From Lingula anatina (lineage: Eukaryota > Animalia > Brachiopoda): a DNA stretch of 64,000 nt. Below, piece by piece: positions 1 through 11,563 of the stretch (positions are counted from its first letter, which is position 1; each line of letters starts with the position of its first letter). Position numbers and translations under genes: made by a program. Under the pieces are notes generated by a model that was not told where the DNA came from, made no database searches, and saw nothing but the letters and a program-made list of their open reading frames with translations. The DNA is taken from positions 1,248,954 through 1,312,953 of the forward strand of contig CM120644.1 in the NCBI GenBank assembly GCA_051362555.1. Direction: 5' to 3'.

Positions 1-2721
1 ATTTTTAAGGTATAGTCTTCTTATCCATGTACATTTTAATGCCGTTATGAATTTACTTAAGTCTGTCATTTTTAGACCACCATATTCATAATCCTTTACT
101 ATCTGACCTCTCTTTACCTTATCAATTTTGCTACCCCAAATGAATTGGAAAAAAATGGAACTTAGTTTTTTTATGAATACTGGATCTGGATTTGGCAGAG
201 AAATGAAAAGATGGTTCAGCATTGGGATGATAAGGGTTTTTAAGATATTAATTCTACCAATAGGGGTAAGTATTCTTCTATTCCAATGCCGAATCATACC
301 CTCTATCTTCGGGATTTGTTTATCAAAGTTTAAAGTGACCATATCGTTTAAATTTACCGAGAATTCTATACCTAAGAGATTAAATTGAGTCGAACCCCAA
401 TCAAGTTTCCATCTAACGTGGTGAAAAACTTCCCGACTATATTTTCTTGAGCCAATCCACACTGGTTTAGTCTTGCTATTGTTGATATGGAGACCTGAAA
501 TTTTTGAGAAATAGTCTAATGTACGGAAAGATTCTAAGAAAGAAGACCTATTACCATCTAATATAAGGGTGGTGTCATCAGCATACTGGATTATTTTAAA
601 TTCGGTGTCACCAAGTTTTATTCCGCAAATATCTTTATTATTCTTTATCATGATTGCGAGAATCTCAGCACAAAGCAGAAAGATATAGGGAGACAAGGGG
701 TCCCCTTGACGACAGCCCCTCGAAATTTTGAAAGGCTCCGACAAGTGGCCGTTTTGTGTAACAGAGGCCTTGCTATCGTAATTAAGGATATAAAACCACC
801 TTTTTATAGTTTCCCCAAAATTAAAAAAGTCTAAAACTTTATCAATAAAGCCCCAATCTACAGAATCAAAGGCCTTTTCAAAATCGATAAGAATGAGTAA
901 AGCAGGAATATTTTTCTTTTCTGCGATATGCATTAGATCATAAATTAATCTTGTATTTTCCCCAATATATCTTCCGGCAATAAACCCGGACTGAGAATTA
1001 GAAATAATTTTATCAAGATAGAGTTTCATTCTTTCCGCTATGCAGCCCGAGATCATCTTGTAAATAACATTTAAAAGGGTTATAGGCCTCCAATTTTTTA
1101 TAAATTTTCTGATTTTATCGGCTTTTGGAATACAGGTTATAATCCCAAGATTTTGACTCGCCATCATTTTCTCATTGATGAAAATTTCATTAACTGCTCT
1201 AATTATAAAACTATGTAAATCATTCCAAAAAAAATTATAAAACTCTGCAGTAAAGCCATCAGATCCAGGCGATTTGTTATTTTTCATTTTTTTCAGCACC
1301 CTCAAAAGTTCCTTTGAGGTAATTTCGGTTTGTAAATATTCCTTATCAGGCTCGCTTAATTTGGGGACATCTAAATTTGCAAAAAATAATTCTAGGTCTA
1401 CCTCTTCTAATTGATTAGTTTTTGACGAGTAAAGGCGTTCATAAAATAACTTTGCTTCATTTAGTATAAGTTTTTGATCAAATATTGTTGTTCCGTCTGG
1501 TAGTTCTAAATTCTGAATAGTTTTATTGACATAATTTCTGGATTCAAGTGAACAAAAATATTTCGTAGGCTTCTCTCCTTCCTCAATCCATCTGCATTTT
1601 GCTCGGACGAGGACTCCTTTTAGTTTTTCTTGTCTGATATTTTTCAACGCCTCCCTCTTAGCCTCAAGTTCGTCCAAATAATTTTCATTTGGGTGGTTCA
1701 TTTCCATTACATAAATTTCTCTTTCTAGTTCTAATTCTTGCCTGTCCCTTTGTTTTTTCTTAACAGAGGAATGGGAAATTGTCATTCCTCTAATTTCCAT
1801 TAAAAGCATTTCTAAAAATAAGGAGTCATCAATAGTGAAAGATATTTGTTCGTTTGGAATTTCTGTAATATTTTCTTCGGCGTACACCGGAACTGCATAT
1901 TGAACTTTTGTTCTCTTAATTATGTCCTTCACTTTACTCACATATTCCTCATCTTTTAAGAGGGAACTGTTAAATACCCAAGTGCCTTTGCCCTTAATAA
2001 ATTTATTTAGCTTTAATTCTAAAATTACGGGTGAATGATCAGATCGGTATGATGCCTTAATAGAAATATTAGAAACTGAATTTTGAAGGTTATCCGCAAT
2101 TAAAAAGAAATCTAGTCTAGCCTGCCTTCTGGGATTCCTTCTTCTCCATGTGAATCTCCTCTCGTCAGGGTAGAGAAGTCTGAAATAGTCAATTATATTT
2201 AGGTCATTCATAACTTCAAGTAATTTTTGCCTAGCTCTAGGGTTATTCACATTTGCATAATTTTCTGTGTCTATATCAGGGTTTAAAGTAAGATTAAAGT
2301 CACCGCAGATCAAGAAATTTTCATTATTAAAGTCTATTATTATATCTCGTACCTGTTCATAAAAATCTGGAGTATCCCTGTTCGGGCCATAAATGTTGAT
2401 TAATGTGAATCTATTTTTTTCTATATTTACATCAAGAGCTAAAAGATTGCCGTCGTTTGTTTTAAATTCCTTAAGGTACTCGAATTCAAAATTATTATTT
2501 ATTAAAATTGCAACACCCTGAGAGTTAGTAGAAAAGAAATTAAAATATGCTTTGTAACCCCATTCTGATAAGATCCTTTTTTCTTCATGACTGTCAAAAT
2601 GGGTATCCTGCAAACATACTATATGATATTTCTTTGATCTGTAGAAGTGAAAAATATCTCTTCTCTTTGTAGAGTCTCTCAGGCCTTGACAGTTAATAGA
2701 AGCGATCTTAATTGAATTCAT
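1..2721 (-). CDS. LINE ORF2: AP endonuclease + reverse transcriptase (partial, open to the window edge)
   Basis: Manual translation from ATG 2721 gives MNSIKIASINCQGLRDSTKRRDIF...CLQDTHF. Also found: ICGDFNL (~2295-2312), YRSDHSPV (~2030-2050), RT motif RGCRQGDPLSPYIF (~680-722) and QYADDT (~571-590). The ORF track lists no fragment here, which fits one uninterrupted frame with no in-window stop (inference). Confidence 0.93.
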   Translation of the reverse strand, partial: MNSIKIASINCQGLRDSTKRRDIFHFYRSKKYHIVCLQDTHFDSHEEKRILSEWGYKAYFNFFSTNSQGVAILINNNFEFEYLKEFKTNDGNLLALDVNIEKNRFTLINIYGPNRDTPDFYEQVRDIIIDFNNENFLICGDFNLTLNPDIDTENYANVNNPRARQKLLEVMNDLNIIDYFRLLYPDERRFTWRRRNPRRQARLDFFLIADNLQNSVSNISIKASYRSDHSPVILELKLNKFIKGKGTWVFNSSLLKDEEYVSKVKDIIKRTKVQYAVPVYAEENITEIPNEQISFTIDDSLFLEMLLMEIRGMTISHSSVKKKQRDRQELELEREIYVMEMNHPNENYLDELEAKREALKNIRQEKLKGVLVRAKCRWIEEGEKPTKYFCSLESRNYVNKTIQNLELPDGTTIFDQKLILNEAKLFYERLYSSKTNQLEEVDLELFFANLDVPKLSEPDKEYLQTEITSKELLRVLKKMKNNKSPGSDGFTAEFYNFFWNDLHSFIIRAVNEIFINEKMMASQNLGIITCIPKADKIRKFIKNWRPITLLNVIYKMISGCIAERMKLYLDKIISNSQSGFIAGRYIGENTRLIYDLMHIAEKKNIPALLILIDFEKAFDSVDWGFIDKVLDFFNFGETIKRWFYILNYDSKASVTQNGHLSEPFKISRGCRQGDPLSPYIFLLCAEILAIMIKNNKDICGIKLGDTEFKIIQYADDTTLILDGNRSSFLESFRTLDYFSKISGLHINNSKTKPVWIGSRKYSREVFHHVRWKLDWGSTQFNLLGIEFSVNLNDMVTLNFDKQIPKIEGMIRHWNRRILTPIGRINILKTLIIPMLNHLFISLPNPDPVFIKKLSSIFFQFIWGSKIDKVKRGQIVKDYEYGGLKMTDLSKFITALKCTWIRRLYLKN

Positions 2722-2902
2722 GCTAAGTGGTAAAAAAAAAACCTGTTAGTAAACATAATACACTGCTATTCACGGGCATACGATGATTAGGTACATTTTT
2801 TATGTTATTGAAAGAGAATATGCTCGAGTACAGCAATGATAGTATGACTGAGAGGAGTATTCTAGTTTGACATTCCTAAATCTAACATGCCGTGATATAC
2901 AT

Positions 2903-3070
2903 CAGGGGCGGATTTAGGGCGTCTTCTGGGTCTTCCAGAAGACGGTCAGATTTTCAAGTTTACATTGGCGGGTATCTAATTTTTTCTGTCGGAAGACGGT
3001 CAAAAATGAAGAACGGATCAACAAAGATAATTTGGAAGACTGTCAGGAAATAACTCTGAATCCGCCCCTG
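2903..3070. mobile_element. MITE with CAGGGGCGGAT terminal inverted repeats in the LINE inter-ORF spacer
   Basis: CAGGGGCGGATT...AATCCGCCCCTG, flanked by the 5-bp duplication TACAT. An inverted copy of the same element is at 39811-39977. Confidence 0.85.
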
Positions 3071-3498
3071 TACATGTAAGAGTGTTCCTTTCTTCACAAT
3101 AGAACAAAGATAGGAAGCTAACAGTGAGCATATCATAGTAATGTGCTACCAACCATAATTTTACGCAAGCATACACAATCACACACACACGCATGAATGA
3201 ATAATTTCTATACCCTTGCACAGGGAACATAATAGATACAGTACAAACGGAGTGATGTCTACTCAGGTCTTGCAGCTCAAGCTGTGTCAGTCAACCAAAT
3301 AATAGTCATCAAGGAGAAAGTAATCTGAAAAATATTACGTACAATAAATATACATATGGCTTCTATATTACATTATTGGTAAATTAAACACAGTGTTTTG
3401 TTCAGGTAGAAGAAGCAATAAGTTACAGTTATTTCGTTTACCACAGTTCATAAGTACACTGTATTCAGTCTACTGTTTACATTGTACATGTAGGTGGA

Positions 3499-4407
3499 TT
3501 ATGAGCCACGATACTTCTTTATTTTTTCGTCTATATTGTCAAAAAGGTCAAATTTAATTCTTTTCCCAGTGGACTTTTGGGCATAAACTCCTCCATTGTA
3601 GAACCAGACATAGTCCACTAATCCAGTCTGCCTTATTTTGGACATAAGGGCCAGGTTTCTATGGGTAATATCATCGTAGAGCCTCACACTTGATTTTATT
3701 TCCTTTTTCTTGGTCATAATTGATCTTTTTATGTCATTATTTCTCAATTTTACAATGACTGGCTGATGTTGTCCCTCTCTGCCTGGGATTCTATGAATTG
3801 CAGTTATATCATGGGGGGCCAGTTCAATGTTGATTTCTTTCTTGAGAAATTCAGGGAAGTCACTTCTTAAATTTTCTTTGTTGCGAGGGGGGAAGTTTAG
3901 GACTCTTACATTTAATTTTCTCGAGTATTGCTCGTTGTAGTTACTTTGTTTGATTGCTTCAGTTGATCTAGCATGATTTTGAACGACCCTTTCCTCCAGA
4001 TCTTTTAGTTTCTTTTCTTTCTCATTCAGTTTCTCTTTAAGGTTTTCATTTTCTAGCAATAGTGAGTCAATTTTGTCTTGCATTTTACCCGTGACCTCGG
4101 CAATTCTTATTTTCATCTCACTTTGTATGAGTTCATATTGTTTTTCTAGCATTTGATCGGTTATTGTTGCTACGATGTCACTTATTTCATCCTTAGTGAC
4201 TAAAGAACTCAATACCTCTTTTATGCCGGCCAGGTCACGGTGGATGCTGGCTAGTTGAGAGTCAAGGTCCGCCCCCTCCATGCTCTCTTCTGCCACGTCG
4301 GAGTGACTCCGTTTTTCCTTTTTTGATGGCTTTTCAGCAGACTCTTTTTTCTGATTCTTGTATTGGTCGATTGTTGATTGAGTTGATTTTTTCCTGTCAC
4401 CTGGCAT
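3499..4407 (-). CDS. LINE ORF1p-like protein (coiled coil + RRM-like region)
   Basis: About 300-aa ORF with a heptad-rich middle, then EQYSRKLNVRVLNFP...AIHRIP...PVIVKL as in L1/Tx1/CR1-type ORF1 proteins. It lies directly upstream of ORF2. First ATG is at 4407; the track starts at a TTG at 4416. Confidence 0.85.
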   Translation of the reverse strand: MPGDRKKSTQSTIDQYKNQKKESAEKPSKKEKRSHSDVAEESMEGADLDSQLASIHRDLAGIKEVLSSLVTKDEISDIVATITDQMLEKQYELIQSEMKIRIAEVTGKMQDKIDSLLLENENLKEKLNEKEKKLKDLEERVVQNHARSTEAIKQSNYNEQYSRKLNVRVLNFPPRNKENLRSDFPEFLKKEINIELAPHDITAIHRIPGREGQHQPVIVKLRNNDIKRSIMTKKKEIKSSVRLYDDITHRNLALMSKIRQTGLVDYVWFYNGGVYAQKSTGKRIKFDLFDNIDEKIKKYRGS

Positions 4408-4653
4408 TTTGATCAAAGTCTACACAGACAGACACAAAACTGACATTAGCGAGGAGCTACGAGCAGGTTACTCACGTTGTGCCGCCATCTTGACAAACGA
4501 GTTTAAATACAGTTAGTATATTTCAATACTGTTCTTATTGCTTAGGATTAATTAAGATAAAATTTAAAATATTCTTCAGATATTTAAAGTTATATTAATT
4601 ATGATAACAGCAGACGAGCATTGTGATGGCCCCTACTTTATAAAGAAACCCAT

Positions 4654-4945
4654 CCCGCACGAAAATGCAGTACATGTAGTATCGAAGTAGCAAAGAAGCA
4701 TTAACTAAGTAGTGGTGTGGAGCATATTTAAGTAGAAATGCAATATAGCCTACTGCAATTCTACTCCAAAAAGAACATAGGTTTGTACAGAGAGGAGCAT
4801 TGATGCAGTAGATTAGCAGCATGATGGAAGCATGTTTCAAATATGCTATTTAGCTCCCGGCCAAATCGAAGCAGATTTGAGGCATGTTTGCAGTATGATT
4901 GAAGTAGTCTACTGCGCAGGAGTATCTACTGCGTTTTCGTGCGGG
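4654..4945. mobile_element. Non-autonomous DNA transposon (MITE) with CCC...GGG termini and a 2-bp TSD; EnSpm/CACTA-like by terminal features
   Basis: TIRs CCCGCACGAAAATGCAGTA / TACTGCGTTTTCGTGCGGG, flanked by AT on both sides. Superfamily assignment is inference. Confidence 0.7.
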
Positions 4946-5680
4946 ATTCTATAGAGACCTTCTACACATAGAGTGGGCTTGACCCACCCCACTCCTAATC
5001 GGTATGAAACTACATTTTGTACAACAAAAGTTGTTTTGTAAATACCCCCTTTTGCATTTATATTGCATAAAAAGTCAAATGAAAGGCTTCATCACACACA
5101 CCCTAGCTATGTGACTTATGACTTAGCCTTCCACGCCAGCACTCTTTGTAATAGCACTGTAGTTTTTTTTGCCAAAAATGCTATGAATGGCTTCTGTTGT
5201 CAAGTGATCAGTGAAAACCTATTGACTTGGTAAATAGTCCAAACATGAGACCACCAGCCTATAATTAATTGCCAGACATTTACCAGATAAAGCACTTTAC
5301 TGATGAGCATCTGCTAGATGGCCAGTTTGAAATCAATGTATGCAAGGATTCACCTGATTTAATCAGAGCCAAATAAATACAGCCAAGGCACGCATCTAGC
5401 CACCGGTACAGCTTATGGATTCAGACCTCCCGTAGCAAAATTAGATTCACTAGTGGCCGGTACTGTCAGTGTAAAGTAGGTGCTCGGACAGTTGGAAGTT
5501 GAGCACATATCACTTCAGTCCTTTGGTATGTTGGGTTTGCCATGAGGCAGGGATACAGTCGAAAATTGTGTTGTGGAGTAGGCTGTTTGGATGCCTCATG
5601 TTAACCAGCGTCAAGTGATGACAGTATTAGCGAGATCGAAAAGGTTTTGGACAGCACATCTGACTAATTATCTATGGTTT

Positions 5681-5682
<2 letters not shown>

Positions 5683-5728
<46 letters not shown>
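5683..5728. repeat. (TA)n microsatellite
   Basis: Seen directly. Confidence 0.95.
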
Positions 5729-5735
<7 letters not shown>

Positions 5736-6985
5736 TATTTGTATATTTTGTATAATGTAACTATTGCAGTGCGTTCTATACAAAGTCCATATCACACATA
5801 TTATCACATGAAGTACATTTTTTTGATGAATTAATTTTGTCATACAGATTATTGGCCATAAATGTTACTATGTATACTTTATTTTCATTCAGTTTTTACT
5901 TTTACCTTATCATTATTTTGGGACAATATATACCTTGATTATTTTATGGTTATTGGAAACATTTCAAATAGCTATTTCGAGCTTTTACAAATGGTACATA
6001 TTTTTGTTACTGTAACAGCTTTTTGGTTTCAACATCTTTATTATTCTTCACAGAGCCTTTTAAATGTATATTGGGCACCAATACAAAAATTTAGACAAAC
6101 AAATGTCAGTCTAGGAGAAAAGTTACATAAAATGAATAAATATGCTGAAACTAGTTGTCCTAGTTACGAGACTTTTGTATAGCAGAGTGACATCAGTAAT
6201 GATTTCTGTGAGAAAATACCGTAATACACCACCCCTCCCTCTCTTCTCTTGGATTAAAAAAATACAATTTCTTTTCCATTTATTTGTGCCACACCACAAG
6301 TATTTAACATATAACTCATTTTTACACCACAAGACACGTTTCAATAGAAAAGATCATTTATGTAATATATATGCTAAAACATTTGCTCTGATTCATTAGA
6401 CTGCATACAAAAGGTAAATCTGGCACCCCCCCCCCCCCCCCCCCCCCACACACACATATAACTCATTAAAAATACTAAGTAACGATGCCTCAAACCAAAT
6501 AATATTTATTCACACAACAAATATATGCATAAACTTTATAATAGCTAATTATTTTTAAAATTTTGACCATGGGCACTTTGCCAATGGTTACCTGCACTCG
6601 TTTTACCTTATGTCTACAGTAAATGACTGCATGTGTCCAATATTTTGTCGAATCAAAAGGCCATTAAATACGTAGAGGGTTATATCACTTTATCACCTTT
6701 GAAGACAACAGAGGACATCCAATAGACTGAAGGCTTACCAAGCTATTAAGTACCAAAGGCGTTTTGAATCTATTAATGAAAAGGGCAGCAAGTTCGTACT
6801 TATTTGTTAGCGTAAATGTGGGTTTACCTTGCGGGAAGAGGCGTTTATTTGTCTTTGATGATTAGCTGTTTTTTATGAATAATCTTGTTCATCGGATGAT
6901 TTCGGAAATTCCAGGCTCTGTCATCTTAATTTGTGTGAAAAATCCATTCACAAAATTCTCATAATGTGTAAAATTAATTCTGTCA

Positions 6986-7017
<32 letters not shown>

Positions 7018-7091
7018 GTGTGTGTGTGTTTGTGTGTGTTTGTGTGTGTGTGTGTGTGCAAAAGAGAGAGAGACAGAGAGAGAGAGAGAGA
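6986..7091. repeat. Compound (TG)n/(AG)n microsatellite
   Basis: Seen directly; explains the spurious ORFs 6889-7119 and 6931-7140. Confidence 0.95.
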
Positions 7092-9078
7092 TTACGTTCT
7101 CCTTAAAGCAGACAAGCACATTATGAAGTCAAAGGATTAAGTCAGGTCCGGCGATTTCCAATCCTTGGCTCGTGTGCTTATTGCAATAAAAATCTTTACG
7201 ACCTACTTAAGGCAATTACTATCGTATCTGATGCTCGTAAAATACTGTCGTACATGTTGTTATAGTTGTACATGCCCTAAAGTTGAATAGTCAGGGTTAT
7301 TTTGCCAACATTATATCACAAAGGCGCAGAGCTGAATAATAACGTATTTTTTTCTTTTTCGATTTTTTAAATCTAACAATATAATTCAGTGTTCGTGGAA
7401 TGTATTCTTCTTCTAATTATTAGACAAATTTTCAAAATATCATGCGTTGGAATTATACGGGCGAGTCAGATTGTGTGGTGCTTTCTACCCTGTGCAAATA
7501 AAACTGTAATCAGTGGCAACAAACCGAGATGAAAATTTCCGCTCAACTTCTCTGTATAGGCAAAGACTTTCTGCTCCATCCACTTTTTGCACAAAACCTG
7601 AAGATAAAAAAGTGATAGCATTTTGTATTTTTTCTCAGTTTCAATTTCTCCCGAATCTACCGAGTGCACTTTAAAGTTAATTTTCTTGTTATTTGATAGG
7701 TCCTCACGTAGCAACGAAGAGCACAATATAACTGTTGCCTTAGAAATACATGTACATTAAACAAATGTGTTTGAGTGCATTGCGAAGGGAAACACTATAA
7801 GCTTGTTCAAGATGGCGGCCATTTTTTTAACGAAACTTGTGTAAACAAACCGTTATAATTTAAACACTTATTTACCACCAATTTCTGTTTTTCTTATATT
7901 CGAAATCTACAGAACTCGCGTTTTCTGTCTTCATGTAATATTAATGCTCAACAACTTCAAGACTTTGATAAAAATAATCACATCTTTAAATTGTACCATA
8001 AATATATATTCTCTCTTCTTGTATTAACCAGAGACCAGAGACCTTTGGAATTCAAAAATGTACAGACGCGCTTGGTTTTTAGAGAAAACAAAAGCGAATG
8101 AATTTTTACTGCGATAAAATATTCTATTCTGAAATATAACCAGATATATAGCGATAGCCTTTGTAGTTCTACCAGTATAATATGTTTTCTGGCTCACTCG
8201 CCAGATCCAGGTGACAGCCATTATTTTAGTGTTTAGACTGATGCTTGCGTTCCTTTTTTTTTTTCTAAAATTCTGTAATAGGTAGAACGTTGAATTTAGA
8301 AAGTACGTGGTCTTCTGAGATGGCCACTTACTAACAAATAAATAAAGTCGGGACACAACCAGCTTTCAGTGTCTATTGGTTAATGACTTCATTAGATATT
8401 TTATTGTGGTTCACAGATTGGCAATGTAAGTGCGATGATGTTCCTTTGGGGTGAGATACTAATGTGTAATTCATAACTGGTAACTTTTTGTATTGACGGG
8501 TGAAAAGACGACCCAAAACTTAGCAGCAATTACAAATTATAATAGACTGATATGTCACACACCTATCTAATTTATGGCACGCGCTCTTAGCGCCTCCGCA
8601 GGGTCCCCACCTGAGAAATTTATTTATTATCCATTATACGGACGGTGTTCAAAATGGCCTTTCTTGGAAAGAACGTTCCAGTAGGGAGTTAGTGCCACTG
8701 GGTGGGTTTAATGACAATTTAAGGCCTAATGCTCCCTCGTCCTAAACAGTATTTTTTGTAGCTAAGGACCTTGTTTACCGTAGATACGCCACTAATTGAG
8801 GTACCTAAGGAATGGGGGAGAATGCAATGATGTTGATCTATGTTAATACAGAGAAACGCATTGTATCGCAGTGTATATTATGAAGCATGCGGTAAAGGAC
8901 ATTTTTTCTATTTTACGAATATTTTCTTATTTGAATAATAATTGTCATATTGAACTACGAAAATAATAATGCATTCATAATGCGTCACGTTTCAAATTAA
9001 TGAACCCGATATTCAAAACAGATATCTCAAGGGGATATATATACTATCATTACGTATTCCTTTTGTGTCTCAGAACTG

Positions 9079-9085
9079 TATAAAA
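9079..9085 (+). promoter_or_regulatory. TATA box of gene A
   Basis: TATAAAA about 100 bp upstream of the ATG. The same position is conserved in paralogs B (15176-15182), D (21328-21334), E (38286-38292), F (40989-40995) and G (47598-47604). Confidence 0.7.
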
Positions 9086-9183
9086 CACCGGTCTCCATCT
9101 AGTTTGGATCGACTTTGTTTCCAGTCAAGATTCGAGTCACTTCGTTCCGTCAGTACACAGACGACAACTACTTTCCCGCCAAG

Positions 9184-9274
9184 ATGATGAAGCTGATTCT
9201 ACTTGTTACTCTTGTGGCTGCCAGGTGAGATGTGGAGAGAAAGAGAAATAAAGTGAGAGAGAGATGTGGGTTGG

Positions 9275-9310
<36 letters not shown>

Positions 9311-9350
9311 TGGGTTGGGGCAGAGAGAGAGAGAGAGAGATGTGGGTTGG

Positions 9351-9386
<36 letters not shown>

Positions 9387-9434
9387 TGGGTTGGGGCAGA
9401 GAGAGAGAGAGAGAGAGAGAGATATGTGGGTTGG

Positions 9435-9468
<34 letters not shown>

Positions 9469-9476
9469 TGGGTTGG

Positions 9477-9516
<40 letters not shown>

Positions 9517-9564
9517 TGGGTTGGGGCAGAGAGAGAGAGAGAGAGAGAGAGAGATGTGGGTTGG

Positions 9565-9618
<54 letters not shown>

Positions 9619-9660
9619 TGGGTTGGGGCAGAGAGAGAGAGAGAGAGAGATGTGGGTTGG

Positions 9661-9710
<50 letters not shown>

Positions 9711-11200
9711 TGGGTTGGGGCAGAGAGAGAGAGAGAGAGAGAGATGTGGGTTGGGGCAGAGAGAGTGAGAGAGAGAGAGAGAGATGTGGGTTGGGGCAGA
9801 GAGAGTGAGAGAGAGAGAGAGATGGGGATCGAGAGAGAGAAAGAAGAGAGAGTAAAGTGGTTAAAGGTCTTGTACATGTACATGTATATTGCAATAGGCC
9901 CTTGAAAATCAAGTGTGAGGAAAATCGAATCGGTAATCTTTTTTCTTTCAATATACCTATGCATGCAGCTTTTAAAATGACGTAATGTGTGCCGTAAAAT
10001 GGTGACTTGCCCTTGTACATGTGCAGCCGTGGCGCGGAGAAATATTTCGCTATGATTTAGCACAACGGATTATTTAATCAACAGATTAACGATAAGCTTT
10101 TGACTTCACATTTATACAGTATGCCAGATAGTAACATGTAGTCCTTTTTCTGCTCTAGTCTGCTGATTTCTTCAGAAACCTACATGCTAACATGTAATGT
10201 AAGCTAGTTTTTGTTGACGCTTAATTTGAGTAACAGAACTGAGCACAAAACCTGTGCGACAGTGGTGGTTCATTCTTTAAGAACAATAAGCTCTGGTTTT
10301 TACAATAAGTCTAAAAGCAAAATCAATACCAACTGGAATAATTGGAAAATGGGGGTCTCCTTCTCCTATAAATAATCTTGTTCAGTTTCTCATTATGCCC
10401 TCAATAAAAATTAAACATTTTTTCTCTTGAATAATAAACAATAGCTATCAAGATGGTGGATATGGGAATGGATATGGCGCCCGCAGCTACAATTATCAAC
10501 CAGACGGATATGGCTCCCGCAGCTATAATTATCAACCAGACGGATATGACGCCCGCAGCTACAATTATCAACCAGACGGATATGGCACCCGCAGCTATAA
10601 TTCTCATGGGAACGGATATGGCGCCCGCAGCTATAATAATTATGGGAACGGATATGGCGCCCGCACCTACAATAATTATCAAAGGAACGGATATGGTGCC
10701 CGCGACGGATATCGCGGATCCGGATACAACAGCTATAAAGAATCTGGATATGGCCCAAGTGGAGGAAACGGATACACCAGGTAAAATTACAATACTCAGA
10801 TAAGTTTGGAGTATGTAACAGATGTATCGCGGTTTGTTTTAAGTGTGTATAATAGAATCTCTATATCTTCATATTTTTTCTATTCAGTCGGTAAACAGTC
10901 AAAATATGAAGAAGTGATAATAAGGTAGCTTTAAGATCATACATGTTAATACAAGGGTTCAGACCAGAACGATACGTATCGTTATTATTATTATTTTTAA
11001 TCGTATAATCTCATTTCTGACATACATTTATTAGTACTCTTAAGCTTCTAAGAATGAATTTTTCCTTCTCTTATTGTTTCTTGCTGCAAAAGTAATGTTT
11101 GCTATGCTAGTGCCATACTAGAGCCAATGTTTGTGGTTGAGAAGAAGAAGTTGCTTTCATGATCACTCATACAACGTTTCCTTTTAATTCCAGTCATTGA
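9184..11200 (+). CDS. Gene A: secreted Gly/Tyr/Asn-rich repeat protein, 127 aa; exons 9184-9224, 10445-10780, 11194-11200
   Basis: Exon 1 MMKLILLVTLVAA ends AG|gtgag. Exon 2 follows aatag| and reads SYQDGGYGNGYGARSYNYQPDGYGSRSYNYQPDGYDARSYNYQPDGYGTRSYNSHGNGYGARSYNNYGNGYGARTYNNYQRNGYGARDGYRGSGYNSYKESGYGPSGGNGYT, ending AG|gtaa. Exon 3 after ttccag| adds SH*. Both introns are phase 2. AATAAA at 11383-11388. Confidence 0.8.
9255..9825 (+). repeat. Compound minisatellite in intron 1 of gene A: 13 copies of ATGTGGGTTGGGGC separated by variable (AG)n runs
   Basis: Counted directly; it produces the spurious SL/ER-repeat ORFs at 9199-10063. Confidence 0.92.
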
Positions 11201-11430
11201 TTCATTACGTGACCAACACCCTGCCGCGTGCACCGCCGGATATGACGACATCGACCACCTGACCTGTGTTTAAAAACCGCTCTCACACCATGCTTCTACT
11301 CTACATTCTTCTGTTTAGACTAGTGCAATTTAAAATAGTTATTTTTAAAAACTTATTCTGTGCCACGCAACTTTCTATCAGCAATAAAGCATTCGAAACT
11401 TCATTTGGGTAGTCTGTTTGTATTACGTAT

Positions 11431-11434
<4 letters not shown>

Positions 11435-11479
<45 letters not shown>

Positions 11480-11480
11480 T
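11435..11480. repeat. (AAT)n microsatellite
   Basis: Seen directly. Confidence 0.95.
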
Positions 11481-11563
11481 AATAAAAAACAGAGACGATC
11501 GGTTTGGGCTGCTGTATTTCAACACTACCACGTATAAACTCACATTTTAAGCGGTATCGAATG

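Larger units (their letters stand above)
1..4495 (-). mobile_element. L1/Tx1-clade non-LTR retrotransposon (5' end, ORF1, long spacer, ORF2); the 3' part runs off the window
   Basis: Two same-strand ORFs: a coiled-coil/RRM-type ORF1 and an APE-RT ORF2. The 5' end carries CAAGATGGCGGC (minus strand, ~4481-4492), a YY1-like motif typical of L1 5' ends. Confidence 0.9.

Noticed and set aside
128-388. 86-aa plus-strand ORF and the other 60-130 aa AT-rich ORFs across the window
   Set aside because: Antisense to LINE ORF2, or chance ORFs with non-ATG starts and no motifs.
5610-5652. GTGATGA...CGAAA hammerhead-like string; also CTGATGAG at ~5320 and ~45729
   Set aside because: The core is incomplete or stems I and II do not pair, unlike the motif at 62970.
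7140-8420. Possible DNA-transposon relic (CAAGATGGCGGC at ~7808); similar unassigned segment at ~18665-19625
   Set aside because: I could not find matching TIRs, a TSD or coding remnants.
9199-10063. Long SLSL/ERER ORFs on both strands
   Set aside because: Translations of the (AG)n minisatellite inside intron 1 of gene A.
10401-10803. Track ORFs 10453+ (TDMAPAA repeats), 10401- and 10411-
   Set aside because: Alternative frames of the 33-bp repeat. Splice phase and homology with B, F and G select the Gly/Tyr frame.
10885-10925. Possible extra small exon in intron 2 of gene A (ttcag|TCG|gtaaac)
   Set aside because: Not conserved in F; the direct splice gives SH*, matching MH* in F. Cannot be excluded without reads.
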